Shown here: positions 16,792 through 24,098 of the stretch, one piece after another | How the letters are laid out: every line of letters starts with the position of its first letter | Position numbering within the stretch: the first letter of the stretch is position 1 | Virus record (IMG/VR): IMGVR_UViG_3300042997_000098 | Coordinates: 1 to 26,810 of that record | Reading direction: 5' to 3' (one strand) | DNA length: 26,810 nucleotides | Source: a virus | Lineage: Duplodnaviria; Caudoviricetes | Translations under genes and position numbers: made by a program | The notes under the pieces: model-generated | Databases searched by the model: none | Told to the model about the DNA's origin: nothing | The model's input: the letters and a program-made list of their open reading frames with translations, nothing else

Positions 16792-17544
16792 CTAAACTTT
16801 TTGATATTGAGAAATACTTTTGAAAATTTGATAAGCTACCTGTGGCACTATTGCATTTCCGTAGGCTTTGATTGATTGGTTTCTCCATTTAGAAAAGGTT
16901 TTAAAGTCCAATCTTTGGGAAATCCCATCATCTCTTCTAAGTATTGGGGGTTGAGAAGGGAATGCGGAGAAATCCCTTTTCTCAAAAGATAGCCTACAAT
17001 GTGTAGCCTTTTCATTTGACTTGGTGGGAATGTACTGTTTGTAAACTCTTGAAGTGTCGGAGTGGGCAATAAACCAAATTCGGTCTCTCCTGTGTGGTGT
17101 GCCAACGGCACAAGCTGGAAGTAAAAACGGGAGGACTTCGTAGCCTTCAATTTCCAAGTCAGACTGCACCTCGTCGAATACCAATCCCCCGTTCCAATTA
17201 GTAAGTCCGCGAACGTTCTCGCCCACAACCCAACTCGGTTGAATTTCCCGAATTGCTCTAAGCATTTCCGGCCAGAGGTGTCTCTCATCTTCTTTGCCAA
17301 GTCGCTTTCCTGCACTTGAATAGGGTTGGCAAGGGAATCCACCGCTAAGGATGTCGATTGCTCCTCTGTGAATAGAGAAGTCTGTTTTGGTAATGTCATT
17401 GTAAGATATTGATTTTGGGAAGTGATGTTTTAATACTTTTTGTCCAAAGGTATTCCATTCACAATGAAATACGTTTTCCCATCCGCACCATTCTGCTGCT
17501 AAATCAAAGCCACCTATTCCGCTAAATAAACTTCCATGTCTCAT
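16792..17544 (-). CDS. C5-cytosine DNA methyltransferase, alpha polypeptide
   Basis: Motif I SLFSGIGG, IV GGFPCQPYS, VI ENV, VIII PHRRDRIW and X YGNAIVPQV. Motif IX is absent from this frame. Confidence 0.92.
   Translation of the reverse strand: MRHGSLFSGIGGFDLAAEWCGWENVFHCEWNTFGQKVLKHHFPKSISYNDITKTDFSIHRGAIDILSGGFPCQPYSSAGKRLGKEDERHLWPEMLRAIREIQPSWVVGENVRGLTNWNGGLVFDEVQSDLEIEGYEVLPFLLPACAVGTPHRRDRIWFIAHSDTSRVYKQYIPTKSNEKATHCRLSFEKRDFSAFPSQPPILRRDDGISQRLDFKTFSKWRNQSIKAYGNAIVPQVAYQIFKSISQYQKV
16848..17399 (-). CDS. Nested beta polypeptide of the C5-MTase (carries motif IX)
   Basis: The alternative frame lies wholly inside the MTase gene and reads LLPTP...LNPQYLEEMMGFPKDWT. Confidence 0.75.
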   Translation of the reverse strand: MTLPKQTSLFTEEQSTSLAVDSLANPIQVQESDLAKKMRDTSGRKCLEQFGKFNRVGLWARTFADLLIGTGDWYSTRCSLTWKLKATKSSRFYFQLVPLAHHTGETEFGLLPTPTLQEFTNSTFPPSQMKRLHIVGYLLRKGISPHSLLNPQYLEEMMGFPKDWTLKPFLNGETNQSKPTEMQ

Positions 17545-18299
17545 TTGAATGTGGTTTTGTTTTGTATAATTTGTTCCTCAAAAAATAAAGCTACTGCTAC
17601 TGCTCTGGCTTGGTTCTTTAACCATTGTTCAGTCCACTCGTCTCGGTATTGCTTTGCGCTGATTATATCCATTTTATTAGCCTTGTAGGTAATGATTTCC
17701 ATTAGTTTCTTTTTAGCAAATGCTCCGTCTTCTTTTGACCAAGTCTTAATGCCAGAATTATGCAGCTTTGTAAATACTGATAAAGGGTTAAACAATCTGT
17801 CAAAAGTTCTATTTTCTAGAACCTTATATTCCTGATAACTGTAATCAATTATCTCTAAATCAGTCAAATGTGGTATTGCTTGTTCTCGTTCCTGTGGCAT
17901 CATTTTTCTTACTTCGTTTGCTTTTTTCTTGTATCTATCCATAACCTGACTAAAATAAGCCGGGCTAAAATTTTGATAATGGTCTATGAAGTCATTAGCT
18001 ACCATTTGCTTAAACGCTACTTTAACCTCGTTTATTGTAAAGCCACCGTATTCAGTCCTTATCCAATCCTCTAAAATTGCTAACTTAACTTCGCCGGGAT
18101 TGTTAATGCCTACAAGCTGCATCAAATAAATAAGGTTTTGGTTAAATATGATAGAGTTTAGATTCCGGACTCTCTCCCCCGAAAATGCGGTCATAATCTC
18201 CTGCTCCGTAGGAAGTAGAGTAGATAAAGTTGTAGTTTTTAAGGTTTTCGAGTTCGTGCTTATCAAGTTTTCGTTGATTATTTGAAGTTCCTTTTGCAT
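17541..18299 (-). CDS. Replication protein, putative helicase loader/inhibitor
   Basis: Overlaps the initiator gene by 158 nt. Contains the helical motif FTINEVKVAF...HYQNFSPAYFSQVM. Function is inferred from position. Confidence 0.5.
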   Translation of the reverse strand: MQKELQIINENLISTNSKTLKTTTLSTLLPTEQEIMTAFSGERVRNLNSIIFNQNLIYLMQLVGINNPGEVKLAILEDWIRTEYGGFTINEVKVAFKQMVANDFIDHYQNFSPAYFSQVMDRYKKKANEVRKMMPQEREQAIPHLTDLEIIDYSYQEYKVLENRTFDRLFNPLSVFTKLHNSGIKTWSKEDGAFAKKKLMEIITYKANKMDIISAKQYRDEWTEQWLKNQARAVAVALFFEEQIIQNKTTFK

Positions 18300-18930
18300 A
18301 TTGTTTAGCGTTTGTTATCCAATTATTTACTGCGTGTGTCCAACTTTTCATAGGGTTCTTACCTACTCTCCACCCGTTGCTCGTGTAGTAATTTACAAAT
18401 TTTTCTGCTTCTACCTTAGCTTGTTCTGTTCCTATCCGGATTGCCATATATTCGTAAACCTCTTCAAAAGTACATTTTGAATTTGTATTTTCTGCAAGTT
18501 TTTTCTTTACCATTACCTTATCCTTATCCATATCCATTTCCTTATCCATATCCATAGCACCATATAAGGGGCTTACAAGGGGCTTAAATTCGTCATCTAA
18601 CAAATTGTATTTTTGTAAAATTTTGATGATTCCTCCGTGTGCTTTGTTGTCTGGGTTAAGTCCGCTTGGATATTGAAAATCGATAAAGGAAGGTATATAC
18701 CATTTATTTCCGTTATCAATCCTTACCAGCTTGTCTCCAAAAAATTTAACCGCGTCTTGTTCGTTAATATCCTCGCCTATTCTTATTCTGGCTACATCAA
18801 TATCTACCTGCCAGATTCCTGCGTGGTCGCAGTCATCACAGATGTAAAGCCATAAAAGTTTGTAAGGTGCTGATAGTTTACGAATAAAAGGTTTTTTCCA
18901 TTTCTCCGTGTCTGTAAATCGTTTAGCCAT
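18142..18930 (-). CDS. Replication initiator / replisome organiser
   Basis: N-terminal KRFTDTEKW...KLLWLYICDDCDHAG wHTH-like domain, MDMDKE low-complexity linker, and C-terminal AEKFVNYYTSNGWRVGKNPMKSW. Confidence 0.8.
   Translation of the reverse strand: MAKRFTDTEKWKKPFIRKLSAPYKLLWLYICDDCDHAGIWQVDIDVARIRIGEDINEQDAVKFFGDKLVRIDNGNKWYIPSFIDFQYPSGLNPDNKAHGGIIKILQKYNLLDDEFKPLVSPLYGAMDMDKEMDMDKDKVMVKKKLAENTNSKCTFEEVYEYMAIRIGTEQAKVEAEKFVNYYTSNGWRVGKNPMKSWTHAVNNWITNAKQYAKGTSNNQRKLDKHELENLKNYNFIYSTSYGAGDYDRIFGGESPESKLYHI
18516..18586. repeat. Short direct repeats inside the initiator gene (candidate iterons)
   Basis: TCCTTATCCATATCCAT twice (18-nt period, at 18521 and 18539) and AAGGGGCTTA twice (11-nt period, at 18566 and 18577). 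Confidence 0.6.
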
Positions 18931-19020
18931 AAAAAAATAAACCCCGATAGCTGCGAACTATCAGGGTTATTATTATTTAACCACTAAACACATAGGCGGT
19001 TCGCAGTTCGTCTATGTGTC
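18931..19020 (-). promoter_or_regulatory. Structured 5' leader: two hairpins with complementary loops plus U-tract
   Basis: GACACAUAGACG-AACUGCGAAC-CGCCUAUGUGUU and AACCCUGAUAG-UUCGCAG-CUAUCGGGGUU-UAUUUUUUU-AUG. Confidence 0.75.
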
Positions 19021-19031
19021 TTTTATATCTG

Positions 19032-19039
19032 CAAATATA
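19032..19039 (-). promoter_or_regulatory. TAnnTTTG -7 box (TATATTTG) for the replication operon
   Basis: Exact consensus match, in the gap directly upstream of the structured leader. Confidence 0.65.
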
Positions 19040-19041
19040 CA

Positions 19042-19470
19042 CTAAATCTCTTTAAGTTCTAATTTTATACAAAGTTTTTTTAGCTTTGTTTTAAACCAAT
19101 CCTCAGTTTCAATTAGGTTATTCGCTTGTTTTATGTTATGGATAGCAGTTGTGTGGTCGCTTGTTCCTGTGTACTGGCTTATCTCTTTAAGGCTCAACTT
19201 AGTGTACCTTCTAAGTAAATAAGCAGCAGCTTTGCGACCGAACGTTGTTTTTAAGCTCCTATCCTTTACCAGAACATCGCACTCAAACTCTTCGTCTACC
19301 AATTTGACAATCGTTCTTGCACCAATGTCTAAACCCAAAGGCTCGTTATCTTCTATGCCTAACAACCCTAACTGCTGCATCATTTCATGAAGCTGTAAGT
19401 GTGTGTTGCGTTGCGCATAATAAAGCTCCTTTAACTGTCTTATTGATATATCTCTTTTTCTAGTTAGCAT
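19042..19470 (-). CDS. DnaA C-terminal (domain IV)-like DNA-binding protein
   Basis: RKAAAYLLRRYTKLSLKEISQYTGTSDHTTAIHNIK matches the DnaA signature R..AMYL.R..T..SL.EIG..FG.RDHTTV.H. Confidence 0.8.
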   Translation of the reverse strand: MLTRKRDISIRQLKELYYAQRNTHLQLHEMMQQLGLLGIEDNEPLGLDIGARTIVKLVDEEFECDVLVKDRSLKTTFGRKAAAYLLRRYTKLSLKEISQYTGTSDHTTAIHNIKQANNLIETEDWFKTKLKKLCIKLELKEI

Positions 19471-19472
19471 AA

Positions 19473-19691
19473 TTAAAACGGCAGTCCTTCCGTATCATCT
19501 TTTGGTTTTGAATAAGTTTTGTTTTCAGGGTTAAAATCATTAATGTAAATTTTATAGTCCGGCTGCTTATCTTCTGTCTTGTAAGCGTTTTTCCACATTG
19601 AGTATTTAACATCGTTAATTGTAAAATTAATTACTTCTCCTTTGGCGGTGCTATTTTTCCAACCGCCTGTACTCCATTTTTTCTCTTGCAT
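19473..19691 (-). CDS. Small SSB-like protein
   Basis: Aromatic beta-rich core, KQPDY motif and acidic DDTEGLPF tail. Close to the ERF gene. Confidence 0.6.
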   Translation of the reverse strand: MQEKKWSTGGWKNSTAKGEVINFTINDVKYSMWKNAYKTEDKQPDYKIYINDFNPENKTYSKPKDDTEGLPF

Positions 19692-19694
19692 TTT

Positions 19695-19904
19695 TTACTT
19701 TTTAATTAGTGAATATTTACTTACAAATTTAGGTTGTTTCTTGTTACCTACGTTAATTAAATTGGACTGTATCTTATATCCTTTTCGTTTAAGTTCAAAG
19801 ATAACTGCCGATAATCTTAGGCTATTAAATTTCGTTAGAGCCTGGATTGGTGTCAAGGTCTTGCCCGTAAGCAAGTGGTTCAAGATTTGTTGTTGTTGTG
19901 TCAT
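19695..19904 (-). CDS. Winged helix-turn-helix protein
   Basis: QQQQILNHL..GKTLTPIQAL..FNSLRLSAVIFELKRKGYKI. Confidence 0.8.
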   Translation of the reverse strand: MTQQQQILNHLLTGKTLTPIQALTKFNSLRLSAVIFELKRKGYKIQSNLINVGNKKQPKFVSKYSLIKK

Positions 19905-20061
19905 TGTTATTGATTGGGTTAAAAAATACTGGTTTGTCTAATTTGTTTTCATACTTTTTAATAAAGGCTAATAAGTCCTCGTATGCCTCTTCGTTATACC
20001 AAGCGTAATGGTATACTTCTGCCAAGAGCATCTGCCTTTCAAATGGTAATAGTTCCCTCAT
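19825..20061 (-). CDS. Hypothetical protein
   Basis: TAATG-coupled to erf. 78 aa. Confidence 0.55.
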   Translation of the reverse strand: MRELLPFERQMLLAEVYHYAWYNEEAYEDLLAFIKKYENKLDKPVFFNPINNNDTTTTNLEPLAYGQDLDTNPGSNEI

Positions 20062-20594
20062 TAGCTTTTCTTTATTGTTTCTTTAATCTTGTTAAATTCC
20101 TCTAAGGTCTTGATAGCTTTGATTTTCTCAATAGCTTTATACTTTTGTTCCTGAGTAAACTTTGTTTTATCAAGTGCTTCAATTAAGAACGCTTTTTGAC
20201 CTTCGCTGACCTCGTCTTTATGCTCATTAGTAGCATCTGCATCTTTTGTATCGTCTATTGCAAACAGTCCGTTAAGCGCATACTTTCTGGCATAGCTACT
20301 AGCTGCACCTGTAATTTGTGAAGCGTCCATTCCCTTTTTATTTTCCTCTTCACGAGCAAGACCCGTGCAGGTAATATTGTCATCTCCGTTAGATAGACAA
20401 GCCGTAGCCTTTACATATACCCTGCCACCTACTTCTATAACCTCATCGCTTAACATTAAAGCGTAGCCGTATTTATGGCAGATTGGTTTTGCAGCTTCGA
20501 TAATATCTTCTGCACTTCGGTACTTGTATTTAGCAAAAGCGTTGAATTGGTTTTTAGGTGCTTTAAGCTCCTGTTGGATTTTAATTAGGCTCAT
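20061..20594 (-). CDS. erf: ERF-family single-strand annealing protein
   Basis: LKAPKNQFNAFAKYKYRSAEDI and SQITGAASSYARKYALNGLFAIDD. Confidence 0.92.
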   Translation of the reverse strand: MSLIKIQQELKAPKNQFNAFAKYKYRSAEDIIEAAKPICHKYGYALMLSDEVIEVGGRVYVKATACLSNGDDNITCTGLAREEENKKGMDASQITGAASSYARKYALNGLFAIDDTKDADATNEHKDEVSEGQKAFLIEALDKTKFTQEQKYKAIEKIKAIKTLEEFNKIKETIKKS

Positions 20595-20595
20595 A

Positions 20596-20814
20596 TTAGT
20601 TGTTTAAAATTAAGGTAATGTTTACGTTATTTTTATTACATTCAAACCAATTATTCTTTTTGTTAAAATTTAATTCATATCCTAATTGATTTAAATGCTC
20701 CATTAAAGAAGCAGTTGCATATCCTTGTAATTTTATCTCGTAAAAAAGTGTTACACAATAAAACTTGTCTAGGTCTAAACCTAAGTTTAATAAATCTTCT
20801 ATTTGTTTTTTCAT
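20596..20814 (-). CDS. Hypothetical protein (AT-rich)
   Basis: 72-aa ORF tightly packed in the early operon. Confidence 0.6.
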   Translation of the reverse strand: MKKQIEDLLNLGLDLDKFYCVTLFYEIKLQGYATASLMEHLNQLGYELNFNKKNNWFECNKNNVNITLILNN

Positions 20815-20816
20815 TG

Positions 20817-21002
20817 TTATTGGATTGTATAATGTTCTAAAATTTCGATGATTGGTTCTTGTCTTTTTTTAAGGCTCACAAAGTATTCATAAGCCTGTGA
20901 GTACTCTAAGTACATACTAGAACTATCATACTTGTTATCTACTAAGGTGTAGTAGAATATTGTTCCGTCTGGCTTGGTTTCTTTTACAAAATCAATTTTC
21001 AT
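20817..21002 (-). CDS. Hypothetical protein
   Basis: 61-aa ORF tightly packed in the early operon. Confidence 0.65.
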   Translation of the reverse strand: MKIDFVKETKPDGTIFYYTLVDNKYDSSSMYLEYSQAYEYFVSLKKRQEPIIEILEHYTIQ

Positions 21003-21198
21003 AATCTTGCGTTTTTAATAGTTCAAGCTCTGATTGATTTTCTACCCAACGACTAAACGTGTAATCATCATCTTCGTAGTCGTAGTTTTTAGGCAGTAAT
21101 TGAGGGTCATTGGGGTTTTGTGTACTGCTCCCGTCTTGCAGTAAGATGTTCCCAAATCTCTCGAATTGGAACTTCTGGTAGTTGGTTAAATGTGTCAT
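20992..21198 (-). CDS. Hypothetical protein, first gene of early operon
   Basis: Likely start MTHLTNYQKFQ at 21198, after the leader AAACAAAACACAAATG. Confidence 0.65.
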   Translation of the reverse strand: MTHLTNYQKFQFERFGNILLQDGSSTQNPNDPQLLPKNYDYEDDDYTFSRWVENQSELELLKTQDYEN

Positions 21199-21214
21199 TT
21201 GTGTTTTGTTTGCA

Positions 21215-21248
21215 CAAATATACAACAATACACAATATAAAGTGCAAA
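21215..21248 (-). promoter_or_regulatory. Early promoter TTTG-N22-TATATTTG
   Basis: Bacteroidota -33/-7 consensus at the head of the early operon. Confidence 0.7.
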
Positions 21249-21275
21249 ACTATTAAAATATTTTATAATTATTTT

Positions 21276-21375
21276 TGCAACAAGGTTGCATTTGTACATA
21301 GAAACGTACAAAGTAACGTACAAAGTAAAGCTAAAACTTGACTAAAAATGTAATAAAGTAAAGGTATAACTTGAC
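21276..21375. repeat. Cluster of short repeats in the late/early junction
   Basis: Palindrome TGCAAC-AAG-GTTGCA (21276-21290), tandem AACGTACAAAGT twice (21303-21326), and AAAGTAAAG(C/G)TA(A/T)AACTTGAC twice (21322, 21355). Confidence 0.7.
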
Positions 21376-21398
21376 AAAGTCGGAAGTAAAATGCAGCC

Positions 21399-21424
21399 AA
21401 AAGTAGTAAAAATACTACCTTTTA
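21399..21424 (-). terminator. Probable terminator after the GNAT gene
   Basis: Minus strand AAAAGGUAGUA-UUUU-UACUACUUUU, directly after the stop codon. Confidence 0.45.
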
Positions 21425-21850
21425 TAGTAGCTTTTGGAAGTAAAGTTTGTCAGAACCCCCGTATGAATACTCCGGCAGGTACAGTCTAAACCCGCAATTA
21501 ATAAGGTTATTAGCGGAAGGGAAATTGTCTAAGGTTGTGTAAGTGATAGCTATGTGGCAAAAGGTAGATGCAGCTTTGAGCCGGGTCTTAATCATTCGCC
21601 TTTGTATGCCTTGCCCTCTATGTGATTTTTTAACCCAAGCCCTGTTAAATATGCAGATGCCTTTGGAATAAATAGAACCGCAATAAGCTACTATCTCGCC
21701 TTCATCTAAGATAACCCACCACTCCCGGTTGAACTGAAACTCATCTCCGCAGCCCTTAAAGTTTGGGTTGTTATAGTCTAGTTCCCTAAGTTGCTCATAG
21801 GTTTCTCGGTCTAAGATATTACCAAAGCTAAATATCTTTTTGAGGCGCAT
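21422..21850 (-). CDS. GNAT-family acetyltransferase
   Basis: Motif A VKKSHRGQGIQRRMI and motif B NFPSANNLINCGF. Likely start MRLKKIF at 21850. Confidence 0.85.
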   Translation of the reverse strand: MRLKKIFSFGNILDRETYEQLRELDYNNPNFKGCGDEFQFNREWWVILDEGEIVAYCGSIYSKGICIFNRAWVKKSHRGQGIQRRMIKTRLKAASTFCHIAITYTTLDNFPSANNLINCGFRLYLPEYSYGGSDKLYFQKLL

Positions 21851-22031
21851 TGTGTATTTGTTCAAGTTTAGTAAGGTAGAGAATCGCATCTTGCAGTTCT
21901 TGTTTCAAATGCGTTATCCATTGACCTGTTGTTAAATCTTCTCTATCCATTGTAGTTCCGTATTTAACTTTACCTACTTGCTCCCGGCTACGCATATCTT
22001 CTATAACTGCTGCTAATATTTTGCTATCCAT
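21828..22031 (-). CDS. Small all-helical protein, MazG/nucleotide pyrophosphohydrolase-like
   Basis: GKVKYGTTMDREDL...WITHLKQELQDAILYL. The fold assignment is inferred. Confidence 0.5.
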   Translation of the reverse strand: MDSKILAAVIEDMRSREQVGKVKYGTTMDREDLTTGQWITHLKQELQDAILYLTKLEQIHNAPQKDI

Positions 22032-22032
22032 T

Positions 22033-22767
22033 TTATTTGTCTGTTTTGCTATGTATCTTAAAACAAGTCTTACACTTATATAAAATCTTCTTTACTCCTG
22101 TTGCGGTTGTGCGCCTCATTTGTATTGTTATCTCATCGCTGCCACACTCAGGGCAAGTGCCTCTATCCTGACCGAAGATAACTCCGTAATGTGTTTTCGG
22201 TTCTATGTGTAGCTTCAATGCGTTAAACACCTGCTCTAATAAAACCACATCCTTCTGGCAGTACTTAATCATTTTAGCCATAGCCACTTTATCCTTATGC
22301 AAGACAATGTCCTTCCATAAACTATATTCTGTTTTAATCTTAGTGCCGATGCCTAAATAGTCAGCTATGTAGTTAAGCTTGTTGCTATTAAATCTAAACT
22401 TCTGACGAGCTACCTTTAAGGTATCAATAGTAACATAAGAAGGAAACATCTCAATGCCGTGAAACAAGCAGCGTGTTCTTATCCACGCTAAGTCGAACTT
22501 GTCTCCGTTGTGTCCTACTAACTCCGATGCGGTGTTTGCTACTTCTATAAAACTTTGTAGCATTCGTTTGTCGTTCTGTTTGCTATCCCATTGTAAGTGG
22601 TAAACCTCTTTTTCGTCTTCCCATTTATAGCAGATGCAAATGATAGCACGTTCTTGAATTATGCTGTCAGCAGTTACATTAAGTTTATATCCGGCAGACC
22701 AGAAAAAGCCAACGTTTGGCGAAGTTTCGATGTCAAAGAATAGTCGTTTGCGTTTTGATTTTAGCAT
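22033..22767 (-). CDS. RNase H-like (DEDD/YprB-type) exonuclease with C-terminal Zn ribbon
   Basis: FFDIETS, GHNGDKFD, IDTLK, SNKLNYIA, KYCQKDV and CPECGS...CKTC. Confidence 0.85.
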   Translation of the reverse strand: MLKSKRKRLFFDIETSPNVGFFWSAGYKLNVTADSIIQERAIICICYKWEDEKEVYHLQWDSKQNDKRMLQSFIEVANTASELVGHNGDKFDLAWIRTRCLFHGIEMFPSYVTIDTLKVARQKFRFNSNKLNYIADYLGIGTKIKTEYSLWKDIVLHKDKVAMAKMIKYCQKDVVLLEQVFNALKLHIEPKTHYGVIFGQDRGTCPECGSDEITIQMRRTTATGVKKILYKCKTCFKIHSKTDK

Positions 22768-22770
22768 TGT

Positions 22771-22989
22771 TTATTTTTGGCTGAATTTATCTATTGTAGT
22801 AGTACCCATCGCAGCTATGCAAATAACCATAACGGCATCTACAAGTTTATCCGAAGGGGCAATCTCTTGATGCGTAAAGCTATTAGCTAATAAGGTAATA
22901 CAAATAAATAAAGCCGATAGTAAAGCAATAACTCGCTTTGTAGATACGCTACCTCTCTCGTCTGCTAATAAGTTGGCTAACCATTTCAT
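22771..22989 (-). CDS. Putative holin (2 TM)
   Basis: Two hydrophobic helices and an STKR motif, adjacent to the endolysin. Confidence 0.65.
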   Translation of the reverse strand: MKWLANLLADERGSVSTKRVIALLSALFICITLLANSFTHQEIAPSDKLVDAVMVICIAAMGTTTIDKFSQK

Positions 22990-22998
22990 ATTTTTAAT

Positions 22999-23445
22999 TT
23001 AAGGTGTGAAGTATAATTTAGATTCTGCATCTCTGCGTCTGGTAAGTCCTGCTAATACTTTGCCCCCAGCCTTGTTCCATTTAGCAAACTCCTGAGCTAT
23101 TGTAGGGTCGTTAGGGTTAGCGTTTACTTTTCTTAATAAAGTAGAGCTTCTAAGATTACCGATACCTGCGTTATAGGCAAAGCTTGTAAGTGCAGCGAAC
23201 TGATTAGGTGTAACTGTACTCTTAACTAATGGCTTTACTCTATCAGCAAAGTCCTTAGCTATGATTTCAAATAACTCATTTGCTCTTTGTTGCGTAATCT
23301 TATCTCCTGGTTTTACAGGTGTTCCGTCTTCATAAAAGGTATTACCATAGCCGATAGTATCTTTTGCAGCACTACATTTATAAGCTACTAATTTGCAGCC
23401 CTCGAATAATTTGATTAGGTCTTTGCCTTTGTCGTTTAATTGCAT
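22999..23445 (-). CDS. Endolysin, GH24 lysozyme
   Basis: FEG...AYKC.....TIGYG (E-x8-C-x5-T), QFAALTSFAYNAG, STLLRKVN and GLTRRRDAE. Confidence 0.95.
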   Translation of the reverse strand: MQLNDKGKDLIKLFEGCKLVAYKCSAAKDTIGYGNTFYEDGTPVKPGDKITQQRANELFEIIAKDFADRVKPLVKSTVTPNQFAALTSFAYNAGIGNLRSSTLLRKVNANPNDPTIAQEFAKWNKAGGKVLAGLTRRRDAESKLYFTP

Positions 23446-23446
23446 T

Positions 23447-23887
23447 TTAATTTATTTGTGAGTATAAAAATAAAGTTAGCATAGCAAACAGAACAGAGTT
23501 AAGTCTGTGTAGTTTTATTTCAAACTGAACCGCTTTTTCATACTGCTCATAAATTGCTATATTTTTATAGTACCTGTTTCGATAGTCGTTTAACGTATCA
23601 ATCGCAATTTTATTGCGTTGTGTTAAAGTATCTTTTAAGGTAAGTAAGTCAATGCGTAGGCTATCCCTTGTCTTAATGTTAGCTCTTAATAAGCTATCTA
23701 TACGGGTGTTCTGGTAGCTTACTAAATTAGTTAGGCTATCAAAAGAGTTGTTAATCTTCTCGCCTTCTGACCGGCTAATAACAATCTTGTCCTCACCGCC
23801 TATCTTCTTAACGTATTGGGCGAAGCTGAAACTTGGTGCTATTAGTATCGACAGAATTAGCAGAATCCAATTTAGCCTTAACTTCAT
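23447..23887 (-). CDS. Exported coiled-coil protein with C-terminal hydrophobic anchor
   Basis: Signal peptide ending SFA|Q, a helical middle, and C-terminal SVLFAMLTLFLY. Confidence 0.65.
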   Translation of the reverse strand: MKLRLNWILLILSILIAPSFSFAQYVKKIGGEDKIVISRSEGEKINNSFDSLTNLVSYQNTRIDSLLRANIKTRDSLRIDLLTLKDTLTQRNKIAIDTLNDYRNRYYKNIAIYEQYEKAVQFEIKLHRLNSVLFAMLTLFLYSQIN

Positions 23888-24098
23888 TTAGTTCTGTTTT
23901 TAATTCTTTTACTGTTTCCTTTAAGGTAACTATTGTTTTTACTGTCTTAGTAATTACCTTCTTATTATCCTGAGCTGCCACCCCTTGCACCTCTACACTC
24001 TGCATCTGGCTTTGTTCTACTTTATTTTTAAGCGTTTCTAATTGCGTGTCTTGTTTAACTCCGCAACCTATTAATGCTACCAATATTAAATAACGCAT
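23808..24098 (-). CDS. Lipoprotein with coiled coil (o-spanin-like)
   Basis: Lipobox MRYLILVALIG|C and heptad LKETVKELKTELNEVKAKL. Confidence 0.6.
   Translation of the reverse strand: MRYLILVALIGCGVKQDTQLETLKNKVEQSQMQSVEVQGVAAQDNKKVITKTVKTIVTLKETVKELKTELNEVKAKLDSANSVDTNSTKFQLRPIR

Noticed and set aside
16778-16888. N-terminal extension of VRR-NUC given in the track (also the extensions at 5918, 8859, 13753, 14867, 21228, 21889)
   Set aside because: These overlap upstream genes or promoter boxes. Internal ATGs fit the domain boundaries and leaders better.
18931-19020. Hammerhead ribozyme interpretation of the two-hairpin leader
   Set aside because: It lacks the CUGANGA and GAAA core in the required positions. 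CUGAUAG lies within a stem.
21276-21380. CRISPR-like mini-array
   Set aside because: Only two imperfect 21-nt copies with a 12-nt gap, no proper spacers and no cas genes.
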